Source: Callorhinchus milii
Lineage: Eukaryota
Reading direction: 5' to 3'
Length of the DNA: 64,000 nucleotides
Assembly (NCBI RefSeq): GCF_018977255.1
Contig: NW_024704743.1
Location: forward strand, 1,488,001-1,552,000
The notes beneath the pieces were generated by a model. That model saw nothing but the letters and a program-made list of their open reading frames with translations. It made no database searches and was not told the origin of the DNA. Both the position numbers and the translations under genes were made by a program. Every line of letters begins with the position of its first letter. Position 1 is the stretch's first letter. Shown piece after piece: positions 36,541 through 49,346 of the stretch.

Positions 36541-38410
36541 CAGAACGTTGAACTGTCTGCCGTTCCCCAAGCCCTGAAACCGACCAGATACAAGACGACT
36601 TGAATGAGGATCAAGAGAGGAAGAGAGACAGAAAGAGACAGACAGACAGACAGACAGAGAGAGAGAGAGAGAGAGAGGATGGGTGGGTGGATGTTTTCAG
36701 GGAGTGCTGGATTTTGCAGGGATTGCAGTGGCCGCCGTGGGAAAATATCCTTTTTTTTTGAAAAAAAACATCTCAGCAACATTTTTGTGGTGTGCATGGG
36801 ATTCGTATTGAGTGAAAGAACTTTCGGATCAGGAATTTTTTTCCGCAAACAAGATTCCCCCCTCTCTCTCTCTCTCCACCCCCCCACCACCACCCTCGGC
36901 AATTTTAATCGTCCCCAGAGGTTTTTGTCCTTGATGAGAAGCTGCTTCGAGGGAGAGATACAGACACACACACACACACACACACACAGGGAGAGACACA
37001 CATACACTGACACACACACACAAGGAGAGACACACACTGACGCACACACAAGGAGAAAGAGAGACGACACACACACAAGGAGAGCGGTAGAGACCTACAC
37101 AGACACACACACTCACATATATACCACCCCCCCCCCCACCACCCACACACACACATAATGGGGGCGGAGGAGAGAGAGAGAGACACACACACACAAAGGG
37201 GAGACAAACCCATACACACAGGGTAGAGAGGACAGGCTGTCAGTGCGGAGAGATATTTACCTGTATATATTTATTGCTTCCCCCCTAAATATTCCTTCCT
37301 CAGCTTCACTGTCTCTCTCTCTCTCTCTCTCGCACCCACCCACCCACCCACCCACGTTGCAGTACATGGACATGTTTTCCTTGGCCGCCCCCCCATCACC
37401 TTCCGCCTCTCACACTCCAGCCCAGAATCAGCAACACATTACCATGATGTGTGCGTGGAATCCCAATTGACCCGGCCATGATTTACGAAGCCTCGATTTG
37501 CTTTTCCTTCCCCAAACAGCCAATCTACACCACTCGCCCCGCAAAACGCACAGTCACTACACCTTACAGTGTATCCCGTGAAGCGCTTTGAGACGGCTCG
37601 AAGACGTGATGAGGCGCCGTGTCAATGAAAGGATTGTTATTGTCATCGTTATCGTCACAGGGACACACGTACACACACACACGCACTCACACACATACAC
37701 ACACACACACACACACCGACACACACACACACACCGACACACACACACACACCGACACACACACACACACACCGACACACACATACACACCGACACACAC
37801 ACACACACACACACACACACCACACACACACACATACACACCGACACACACACACACACACACCAACCGACACACACACACACACACACCGACACACATA
37901 CACCGACACACATCACACACAGTGACTCAGACCACACACACACACACACTGATACGGAGACGGACCACACACACACACACCGACACACACACACATACAC
38001 GACACACACTCACTGACTGACTGACACAGTGACTCACACACACAGACACACACTGATACGGAGACGGACACACACACAGACACACACTGATACGGAGACG
38101 GACACACACACAGACACACACTGATACGGAGACGGACACACACACAGGAGGCAGAAGAAATCCACTCCTGCAATAGATTCCTTCCTCCAGATCTCATCCC
38201 TTATTTAAATATTCCCGTCTGGAAGTTACGGGAATCTGATTTATTTCTCCATGAAGCTACCAGTGGGGTGTGGATTAGGACGAGGGGGAGGGCGAGGGGG
38301 GAGGGCGAGGGCGAGGGGGAGGGGGAGGGCGAGGGGGAGGGGAGACTGGGATTTTTCCCACTCGGCTCCAAGGTGACGCTCTTGGCAACAGAATATTGGA
38401 ACCCAGTCAA

Positions 38411-38439
<29 letters not shown>

Positions 38440-38441
<2 letters not shown>

Positions 38442-38925
38442 GTCCGGGTCCTGAGCCAGGAGGGGCCGCGGTATCCCAGGGCACTGACTGCTGATGGCGG
38501 CACAGCCCGGCTCAGCTCATCCATCGGGAGGACCTGGAAGGGCCGACCGGTCACTGGGGGCAGGGAATGCTCCCCCTCGGCTCCTGGTAACCCCACAGCC
38601 AAAGCCCTGACTAACTAACGGGGAGGGGGGTCCTCGCCAGACGAGCAGCAGGAAAGCTTGGCCAGACAGCGCTGCTCGATGGCCGAGCTGTGTGTGTGTG
38701 GGTTTAGCTGGTTAGACTCCGGCAGTCACCCCCAACGCACACTCTGGGCTCACCGCGCCCCCCCCCCCAAGCCTTGACTCTCGCCAACCAAACCCGCGCC
38801 TAATACTCTCTGGAATTCGGTACGGAGGGTGCCTCCTTCCAGGGAAAGAGAGAGAGAGCGAGAGAGAGAGAGAGAGAGAGTGAGAGAGAGAGAGAGAATG
38901 TGCATTCCATTCCAAGGTTGAGGGT
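38440..38925 (+). mobile_element. Longest fragment of an unclassified interspersed repeat
   Basis: Overlapping homologous pieces at ~1600, 9580, 12610, 28545, 42260, 43660, 47040, 52815, 57085, 57750. Confidence 0.75.
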
Positions 38926-39599
38926 TCAAGCCCCACAACAGGACACAGTCTAAGATGACCCTCCATTGCAGCTCTGGGTGTGTGTGTGTGTGTGCGTTGC
39001 ATTGTCGGAGATGTTATCTTTTGGATGAGAGGTTAAACCGCGGTGCCGTCTGCCTGTGAGCAAAACCGGGTGCCGCGTTGCGCCTAGAAAGTACACAGTC
39101 ACTCCACTTTACAGTGTGTGTCCCGTGAAGCACTTCCCTCACTTTCCCTACCGGGTAGGAACCCGATTGTCAGTCAATTAGCAGATCGTTTTCCGGGGGC
39201 AAATAATACATTTATTCCCCCCCCGAAGACAATCAATAAGAAAAACATGGGGTCACTTTCAATCCCACGGCTGTTTGCGGGGGACGCTGCTGTGGGCAAT
39301 TGGCTGCCGCGTTACGCCCACGGAATGTACAGTCACTACACTTTACAGTGTATCCTGTGAAGCGCTTTGAGACGTCGCGAAGATGCAATACGGCACTGAA
39401 TCAAGTAATTATTATTATTATTATTATTATTGCAGTGCCACCCCAGCTCCATCAATACAGAACAGTCTGACGCTACTATGGCAACCGCATAAACTCAGTA
39501 CATTGGCAGCTCCTGATCTCGCCAACATACGTGCGTTTTGGGCGGCACCAGTTTTTATATGTAATTCATCCCACGGGAGGTCCCAGAGCTTACCGGTAA

Positions 39600-40028
39600 T
39601 ATTAACAATACTCCTGACGTTTGATACGGCGCCTGATCACGTCTTCGAGACATCTCAAAGCGCTTCACAGGACACACTGTAGAGTGCAGTGACTGCGTAT
39701 TTTGTGGGCGAAACGCGGCAGCCAATTGCGCACAGCAGCGTCCCCCACAAACAGCCGCGGGTCGAAGCGCCCGAATTATTATTTATTTGTTTTTGAAGGG
39801 ATTCTTACCTCCAGAAAAGCGATCTAACAACCGGGTTCCTACTGACTGCCGGTAAACAGAGGCGCGTGTGCGTGTGCGTGTGTGTGTGCGTGCGTGTGTG
39901 TGTGTGTGTGAGTGTGTGTCTGTGTGTGCGGAGTGAGGAAACTTGCCCAATGTCTCGCCCTGACCCGCCCGGGAATCGAACCCGGGTCCTCTCGCTCGCG
40001 AGGCGAGGGCTCTAACCCCTGAGCTCCA
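39600..40028 (-). mobile_element. Full-length Deu-SINE
   Basis: Head, core and tail present. Confidence 0.9.
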
Positions 40029-41532
40029 CATCAATCCCACCGTCCCTTTGCCTCCCCGCTGTCCTCGCCTCCTTCAAGGTCCATCTCAAGAACTTCCTCT
40101 ACGGCTGTGCCTTTGGTCATCTTCCTGCACCCCCACCCCCCACCCGCAACCTCCCCCCTCCGCACCCCCCCCCCCCCCACACACACACACGCGCGCGCGC
40201 ACCTGGCCCACCCCCACCCAAATCCAACCCTCAGCTCGGCTGCAAACCCTCAACTGCCCGGAGCCTTGAGAGGTCCTCCCGACGCGATAAGTCTTGGGAT
40301 CAACCTCAGGGTGTAAATACTATTCACAGTGGCTCGGTTCCTTACATGGCTGATACCGGTTGTAAATTTTATTCCTTCTCTGTTCCCAAAAGACAATCAG
40401 CTGAAGGCCAGGTATTAATCGGATCCTTGCCACTCGGTGTTAAACTACATTGAATCTCGCAGCTGCTTTATTATGGGACGCTCTCAGCTTCTCAGGAGCC
40501 TATTGTGTGCGGCTCAGAATCGGATCATCCATCTCAATCCCCGTAACCTTCAGCCCATTCTTACACAACAGATACTCCATCGAGCTCCTTTTCACGGAGT
40601 TAACTGGCATTTGCTTGTCTCGCTGAAAGCCTATTCTGCATATGAGTTCCTCTGTAGGACACATAAAAGTCTTCATTCTAATCCTGTGCTCTCTTTACCG
40701 GAGCGGGTTTCATTGTGTACCCGACAGATTGCAGCCCAACTCAGGCTGACTGCAGCCTCAACCCCCTCCCTCGAGACTAAACCGCCTTCGCTCGGCCACC
40801 TCCGGCTATCCTGGCCGTCCCTCGTTCACCGTCCCACCTCCACCACCGCTCCAATCATCGGCGGCCGTGCCTTCAGCCGCTACGCTACGCCCCGAAACTC
40901 TCTGGGACTCTCTCCCTCATTCCCTCCGCCTCGCCCCCTTCTTCTCTCCCTGACTTTCAAATCGCCACCCAAAGACCTTCCTTTTTGGTCGTGCTTACGG
41001 TCACCTTCCCCCCCCCCCCTCCACCCCCCGCCCCACACCACTACCCCCCACCCCCCCCCACCCAGCTGCTGCATTTTCCAAAGGATACACAGTCACTACG
41101 CCTTACAGTAAAATCTCGCGCAGCTTTTTGAGACGTCTTACGGAGGTGAAATCAAATGCAGTATCAAATGCGAGGATTATTGTTATTATTACTGGGGGGG
41201 GGGGAGTTGGGGGCGCGGAGGGGGAAGGGGAGTTCCTCAACCTTTTCCGTATTGCAGTCAGATTCCCGGGATTTTCCGAGCAGCCGGATTTTTCCAGCCC
41301 GGCACGTCACGAAAGCCGAGGCGTGCAAATTCCCGTTAAGTGCCTCTTCCAGCGGAACGATCCCTCGCTGTATCGAAAACTGACGGGCAAAATTACATGG
41401 GATCAGAGCTCATGATGCGGACGCCGGTTAAAAATAAATCCCCGGCAAAAGGAGCCCATTGTGACGCTGTTCCTTTCACTGACGCCCAGACTACACCTGG
41501 TACTGATGTACCAACCAAACAGGGTGATGGGT

Positions 41533-41840
41533 ACCCTGGAGCTCAGGGGTTAGAGCCCTCGCCTCGCGGGCGAGAGGACCCGGGTTCGATTCCCGGGCAG
41601 GTCAGGGCGAGACATTGGGCAAGTTTCCTCACTCCACACACACACACACACTCACACACACACACACGCCTCTGTTTACACCACGCGGTAAGTAGGGACC
41701 TGCTGGTTAGTCGATTGGTGGATCGCTTTCCATGGGGGAGTAATCCCTCCAAAAAAACAAAACAATGGTGGTCACTCAATCCACGACTGTTGGTGCGGAC
41801 GCTGCTGTGCGCAATTGGCTGCCGCGTTTCGCCCACAAAG
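41533..41840 (+). mobile_element. Deu-SINE, 3' truncated
   Basis: Head, (CA)n and core. Confidence 0.85.
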
Positions 41841-43237
41841 TCCTGCAAAGTTTCTCCCACCGTCCGGGCCACCGATCGCTTGATAATACACACTTGGCCA
41901 TTCACTGAGGGACGTTGCCGTGTGCAATTCTTATATGAATCTGACACGTGCACAAACCCACCACCGCGCTCAGAGAGAAAACTCCCTGCCTCAACCTCTC
42001 CTTCGTGCCGCCCTCCCCCCTCCCCCCGCCCCAGCCCACCCATCTTTGTCCATCTTCAGATTGCACCTGAACATCTCCCTCTTCGACCGTGACTATGGTC
42101 ACCCCTCCCCGTCTCCCAGGCTCGGAGTCAGGCTCCGCCACTGGTTTGCGCTCCGAGACAGACCCTACCCCACGTGAAGGAGGAAGCTGTGTAAATCAAC
42201 GTCGCTGTTGATGGTACAGTATGTCACAGTTGCCTGGAATGTAATACGCACGACCTCCCTGGGGGGGAAGCCCTGTATCATTCTAAATCAAGAGCTTTTT
42301 AGGCACAGGTTGGTGAGAGCCAAGACTTGGGGGAACCCCAGAGGGGAGTTGGGGCAACTTCTGAAGTCTAAGCTGCTAAACCCACACTGTCTGGTAAGCT
42401 ATTTGTCCAGCAAGGACCATCCTAACCGTTAAAGGCTTTAACAGGAGCTGAGTGGGAGGAATTCCAGACCCCATCCTTTGAGATAGTTGGACGTTGACAG
42501 GCACCACATCAAACACAAGAGGTCTCGCTACTGCCCTGTTCCCTCCCCCAATACCTCCACCCAATAAACCCCACGGTGAGGGAGACAGGAGCCCGTCAGT
42601 CGAGGAGACAAAGGCTTTTGGAGCGAGTGAAGTATCAGCCCAGTTTATTTCCCGAAGGGAGCCAACATGATCAGACAGACGCTGGCGAGAGTCAATAAAA
42701 TCCGGCAGATTTATTTGGTTGTTTGGCTTTTGTGGTTCAGACCGTAGTGTCAGTAATGATCTGAGTGGATTGCTATTAATCAGAATGGGAACAGCGGTGT
42801 GTATGGTGTGTGGTGGGGGGTGGGGAGGGGAGGGGTGGGGCGGTTGGGTGGTGGGGGGCAGGGGCTTTGTGGGAGGCAACACTGTGACAAGGAGAAGCCA
42901 AAGCTTGGCCCAATTTTCTACGTAGAGGAAGAATTTATTCAGGACAGGATCCAACAGGCACTTCTTAGAGCAACTGCAGTATGTGCGCCTTTATGTATGT
43001 ATTTATGTATGCGTTGTGGATATGTGTTTGTGCACGTATGATGGTGTGCATCTGTGAGCGTGTATGCGTGTGAGTGTGTGTGTGTGTAGGTGCGGCAGCC
43101 AATTGCACACAGCAGTGTCCCACAAACAGTGGTGGATCGAGTGTCCAAATTATTATTATTATAATTATTATTGAAAGCGATGCCACAATCGAGTAACAAG
43201 CAGGTTACCTACTCACTGCTGGTGAACAGAGGCGCGC

Positions 43238-43268
<31 letters not shown>

Positions 43269-43924
43269 GAGTGAGGAAACTTGCCCAACGTTTCGCCCTG
43301 ACTGGGAATCGAACCCAGGTCTTCTCGCTCGCGAGGCGAGGGCTGTAACCCGCTGAGCTCCAGGACTGTTTGTTGTCTTGGCATATCTGGAAGTTTTGTT
43401 CTGGGTTTGCTCTCTGAATCTCATTTAAATAGACCCGCATAAGGTGACGCGCCCTGAGGTCTCCGTACAAGATTGAGGAGCCCTTGCTTGTCTAAGCTCT
43501 GCTCACACGTCCTTCCCTGTGGATCACTCTCCCAGATACACCGAGGAAAATGGAACAAGAGGACACAGCTCCGAGGCTGTGAAGGATCATTTTTAATAAA
43601 ATAAAAACCCTTGCATTTGATTAAAAGAAGCTTAACATCTCAAAATGCTTCGCAGGATTTTTTTTTTGCTGCCAGTCGGGTATCTGACACCCGTGGAAGC
43701 CCATCGCCGTGCTTAGGAGTAGCCAAACCACATAGCTTGACCATTGATAGTGCTGTCTGGCAAGCTTTCCCGCTCTTGTCCAGCTCGGACCACCCCACTA
43801 CCCATTAGGGCTTTGACTTGCTGGGTTAATAGGAGCTGAGTGGGAGGATTCCCTGCCCCCAGTGACTGGTCGGCCCTTCTAAGTCCTGAGCCAGGCTGGA
43901 CTGTTGGGTTTGTGTCTGGGGTAA

Positions 43925-44215
43925 GGTACGGTCGGAGGCGGGCGCTAGCACCGCGGCGGTGGGGGAAGGTGGTCCTGGTCAGGGACCGGATGTGGGGAAA
44001 GGAAGGACAGCTGTGGGTCGAACCTGACGCCTGAGGTTACGCACTGGTTTGGTGAGGTTGAGGGATAGGCCGGAGAGCTTGAGGAGGTCAGGGCCACAGG
44101 ACCGAAGAGGTCGACGGGAGCCAACGAGTCGGCTTCCGTCTTGTCAACGTTTAGTTGCGGGGAGTTTTCGCTCACGCGGACAAGCCGAGAGAACACTGGG
44201 GGACGTGGAGACGAT
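43925..44215 (-). mobile_element. Degenerate L2-clade LINE ORF2 fragment
   Basis: Frameshifted QLNVDKTEA...VRN...GVRFDPQLSF, typical of L2 sequence after the RT domain. Confidence 0.8.
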
Positions 44216-44884
44216 GCTGGTGGAGGAGAAGTTGATTTGCGTGTCATCCAAAAACCAAAAACAATAATAAATTGGTCATTTTCAATCCACGACTGTTTGT
44301 GGGGCATTGCTGTGCGCAATTGGCCGCCGCGTTCGCCCACAAATATACAGTCAATTCACTTTACAGTGTGTTCTGTGGAGCGCTTTGGGACGTCCTCTCC
44401 CGACGTGAAAAGCGCTATATCAAATGCGAGGATTATTATTATTATTATCCGCATACACGTGGGAGTTTACCCCCCGGCGTTTGCGGGTGACATGGTCCAG
44501 GTGGAGCACACAGATGAGGAAGAGGAGGAGGTGGGAGGGGGGGGCAAGGATGGAGCCCCGGGGTAACACCTCTCTCCCTCCCCACCCCTTCCCCCCCAAC
44601 TTCCTCCCCACCCCCACCCCCACCCCCCTGCACACACACACACACACACACACATGGCAGGGAAGTGCCCGTCCCACAAATCTTCCGCCCTAACTGGTTC
44701 ATTGTCAACTCATTGTTTCCTTGGCAACCGTATCACAGGCAACCGCATCCACACGCACCACGTGATCCTCTCTGTCCACGGGCTCCAGAATGCGGGATGG
44801 GCTAAATGCTAATAGCCCACGGGCTAATCACGTCCAGGCTCCCACAAGGTCTCAGCCGAGGCAGTCTCACACGGGGGCTTTGAG

Positions 44885-45255
44885 GAGTCCTGTCCTGGAG
44901 CTCAGGGGTCAGAGCCCTCGCCTCGCGAGCGAGAGGACCCGGGTCCGATTCCCGGGCAGGTCAGGGCGAGACGTTGGGCAAGTTTCCTCACTCCACACGC
45001 ACACAACCCGCTTGTCAGTCGATTGGCGGATGGCTTTTCCGGGGGTAACAATCCCTCCAAACAATAATTTGGTCGCTCAACCCGCGGCTGTTTGCGGGGA
45101 CGCCGCTGTGCGCAATCGGCCGCCGCGTTTCGCCCACAAAACACACGGTCACTCCACTCTGCAGTGTATCCCGCAAAGCGCTTTGAGACACCTCGACGAC
45201 GAGATAAGGCGCTGTGTCGAACGCCAGGATTATCACTATCGTTGCTGTTATTATT
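44885..45255 (+). mobile_element. Full-length Deu-SINE
   Basis: Head, core and tail present. Confidence 0.88.
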
Positions 45256-46197
45256 AATCTTGAGCTCACGGTCCAGGCGGACCCCACAACACGGCCTTTG
45301 GCTGAGACGTTAAACGGAGGTTCCCCGTCTGAGCCTAACAGATCTCGTAATGTCTCTCCACCGGTGGTGTCCTGGCCAGCAATCCAGCTCATAAACTGCT
45401 CGTCCTCTTCACGGCTGTTTGGGGGTCTGTCGCTGCGCGCAAATTGGCGTCCGGGTTTGCCTTCAAACTGCATCTCTACGTCATTGGCTTTGCACCAAAT
45501 CCGACGATTATTATATCATTTTTCTATCTCTGGAAATTCAGCGCCTCCAATTATTTCCAATTATTTCCCCCGATGACGCACCTCAATCCTGATCTGGCCT
45601 CAACAACAACAACAACAACCACCACCACCACCACCACCACCACCACCACCACAACAACTTGCATTTGTAGCGTAATTGAAAGTAAGGCGGTCACTTCAAT
45701 CCGGAGGTGTTTGCGGAGACGCTGCTGTGCGCAGTGTGCGACGGTTGCCTTCGGTGGGCGAAACGGTGGGCGGTTTCGCACAGCGAAGCTCAACCACTGT
45801 ATCCCTCAGGCTTACGGAAATCAGGGCCATTAGATCCCCCCCTTCACACATTCCACCCCCCCCCACCCCCCCGCCCACCCCACCACCCCACACCCCCACC
45901 ACCACCCCCGGCCTCGTTAACCCCGCCCGCGTTTATTTAGTAAAACCACGGCTTTCGTGTGAAAAAAATAATCACAATAATAACAATGATGAATTGCTCA
46001 CTCAGTCCGCGACTGTTTGGAAGAGCAAACCCCCCCCACCCCCACCCACCACCCGCGTGCCCAATTGCCTGCCGCGTTTCGCCCGCAAAATTTATACGGT
46101 CAATTCGCTTTGCGGCAAAATCCCGTCAGATGTAGCTTTGTTGTTGTTGTTGTTGTAGTTGTTGTTGTTGTCATCAAGCGCTGTATCAAATGCGCAA

Positions 46198-46322
<125 letters not shown>

Positions 46323-48167
46323 CCTAACCTGCCTGTTTCTTTCATTCTTCCCAGTCGTGCGACAAGGGCAGACGCAGAGACCTGTGTGCGATCAAAACCT
46401 TCTCACAAAGCATCTCCCACTTACCCGAATAGGTTCTCGCTCACCGTTCCCACGTGGAAGAAAAAAATCCATGTTTAACCACGGCCCGGGCACCAACAAA
46501 AAAATACTACGACTAATAATAATAACGATTACATTGGAAACGAACGCAGCAGCCCTTTCCAAAGAATCTGGCTCCCATTAAAGGGAAGCGCGGAGCTTCC
46601 TGCTGCCGAACGCTGGCAAAGAGTTCTTGTTTCAAGCTGAAACGTGTCTGAGGTTTCACAAGCCCTGGGCAGCAACGCACGCGATGCTGAACGCACTCCT
46701 CTCCCCTCACGATAGGGTCACGGCGTTAACCTGCAGCTCAGGAGAGAGGCGATTCGTCTCTCCCCGGCGGCGCTGGCTTGGCTTGGGATGTAATTAATAA
46801 TAACAGTAGTAATCCTGGCATTTGACACACGTCTCAAAGCGCTTCGCAGGCTATACCGGACGAAAGGCGGCAGCCGATTGCGCACAGCAGCGTCGCCCAC
46901 AAACAGCCGTGGATTGAGTGAAAATAAAAATAATTTTTTTTTTGAAGGGAGTATTACCCCCGGAAAAGCGATCCGCCCATCAACTAACAACCAGGTCCTC
47001 TCGCTTGCGAGGCGAGGGCTCTAACCCCCGAGGACAAGTCTTTTAAGCACGGTGATGGGTTTCCGCATGTGTCAGACACCCCGCTGAACCCCCCCACCGC
47101 CCCCTCCCCACCCCCCCACCCCCGACCCCCCCCAAAAAAAAAACAGAACCGTTAAGCGCCTTTGGACGTGAAAGGCGCTGTAGAAATGTAAAATTATTTA
47201 TTTATTTATTGGTTTATTTGTTTGTTTGTTTGTTTCTCTATTAATTTCCCTTCAACGAGGAAAGCTGACGTCGACAGAACCCGCGAAGCAAAAGGAAATT
47301 CTGCTACAATCTCTTACCAGCCTCTCTCTCTCTCTCTCTCTTTCTCTCTCTGTCTCTCTGCAGAACGGAGAGTCGTGTTACGAGTAATTATTCTGTCAGA
47401 CGCCTCGCAAAGTCACGTCCGGATCCCCACAGCAATGCTTTCGAAGCAGAAGTGTGCGGCGAGGGTTTCAGCAGCTCTCTCATTAATTCTTGCCTCTCTC
47501 GCTGGGCTCAACTGACAGAGGGAGTGTGTAGGAGATAGCGGCAACGTCGTGCCTGTGTTGGCAGCGTTTGCTAACCTGGGTGGTCACCGTGGGCTAATTG
47601 GAACCCAATAATATCACTCATAATCCTTGCATTTGACACAGCACCTTATCGCGTCGTCGAGACGTCTCAGAGCGCTTCGCGGGACACACTCTGATGTGAA
47701 TTGACTGTGTATTTCGTGGGCGAATCGCGGCAGCCGATTGCGCACAGCGGCGTCCCCACAGCCTGAGCTGAGATGGAGATACGAGGGGTGGGCGCTGTAA
47801 TTAAGAAGAAAGCTTTTCTCGAGGGATTTAAACAGCCTGACAAGATAATTGCTAATTCCACGTCTAAAGCAGCGGATAAGAAACCAGATAGGCGCCTGGG
47901 TTAACCTTCGATGTAATCACCGTTCAACAATCACGCTCATCTCGTCTGCATACCAAGCCCTCGAAAGTCATCTCCTCCTCCAGCAGATTGCTTCCCATCG
48001 CGGTGCGGGTTTACCGGGGACACAATCACAGGAGCCATCGATATGCAGCCGTTCATCTCATCTGCACTCCCATCTGTGTCGTCTATCTCCTAAATCCGAG
48101 TCTCCCCGACCTGCCCCTCGAAGGACCTTTCAGGGAGAGAGGGCGCATTCCATTCCAGATACAGGAG

Positions 48168-48289
48168 TGGGGTCCCCTGGAGCTCAGGGGTCAGAGCCCT
48201 CACCTCGCGAGCGAGAGGACCCGGGTCCGATTCCCGGGCAGGTCAGGGCGAGACATTGGGCAAGTTTCCTCACTCCACACACACACACA

Positions 48290-48328
<39 letters not shown>

Positions 48329-48550
48329 GCCTCTGTTTACCGGCGGTCAGTAGGAACCCGGTTGTTAGTCCATTGGCGGATCGCTTTTCCGGGGGTAACA
48401 ATCCCTTCAAAAACACAATAAATTATTTACTAAAATATACGGTCACAGAACATACAATTACTGTCGATCCCGTAGAACGCTTTGAGACGTCTCGAAGACG
48501 TGACAAGCCGCCGTGTCAAATGCCAGGATTATTATTATTATTATTATTAT
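48168..48550 (+). mobile_element. Deu-SINE with internal deletion of the core
   Basis: Head, (CA)n and tail with (TTA)n. Confidence 0.85.
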
Positions 48551-49164
48551 CATGGTTTATGTTCCTTATGTTCTGTGTGTTTCTTGTGTTTGCTGGGATG
48601 ATAACAGACTCTGCGCTGCTCTTGCCACCTCCTGTCAGCTTCGGTTTGATTGATACGCGACCTTGGAGTCTTAGAGACAGTAATCAGATTTCCACTCATG
48701 CGTAGCTGTACCTATTCAACTTGGTTCCTAAATCCGACCATCCCATCCCATCCCATCCCATCCCATCCCATCCACCCACACCCACAGCAAACCCCAGAGA
48801 GACACCCTATGGTTCAGGCTGCTTTCAGCGCCTCTGGGTTGTCGCGTGTAATAATAATAAATAATAATTTTCTCAAAACGCTTCACAGAATAGACTGTCA
48901 ATGTATATTCTGTGACTGTATATCCTGTGACCGTATAAGTTGTGGGCGAAACGCGGCAGCCAAGTGTGCGCACAGCAGCGTCCCCACAAACAGTCGTGAG
49001 CTGAGTGACCAAATTTTTTTTTATTAGCCCCAGAAAAGCGATCCGCCGGTTTCCTACTCACTGCTGCATAAGTAGGAATAAGTGGGCGAGAAATAATCCT
49101 GATCATTTCTAATGGGATTTCTGAATAAATTCACACCACTGGATAATTATTTGGGGAGGGCAGG

Positions 49165-49346
49165 TTTTCAGGGCTATGGGGAGAGAGCGGGGGAGTGGGG
49201 CTGATCAGGGCTATGGGGAGAGCGGGGGAGTGGGGTTGATCAGTGCTATGGGGAGAGAGCGGGGGAGTGGGGTTGATCAGTGCTATGGGGAGAGAGCGGG
49301 GGAGTGGGGTTGATCGGGGCTATGGGGAGAGAGCGGGGGGAGTGGG
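49165..49346. repeat. Same ~36-bp minisatellite, ~5 units, opposite orientation, in a CR1 3' end
   Basis: (CAGGGCTATGGGGAGAGAGCGGGGGAGTGGGGTTGAT)n followed by GGCCGAATGGCCTCCTTCTGTGCTGTA. Confidence 0.92.

Noticed and set aside
35885..36603. Long T/H/R/Q- or C/V-rich ORFs (also at 17024, 37557, 56789, 62173)
   Set aside because: Translations of microsatellites.
38540..38608. HDV-like ribozyme topology in the unclassified repeat (GGGCCGA/TCGGCTC, GGGGC/GCCCT, CCAAA linker)
   Set aside because: No GG for P1.1, no G in L3, and three other copies have TCAGCTC, which breaks P1. An Infernal or RNArobo search of the family consensus would settle it.
40437..41111. 224-aa ORF on the + strand
   Set aside because: No recognisable domain; its second half runs through an L2 fragment and a SINE tail.
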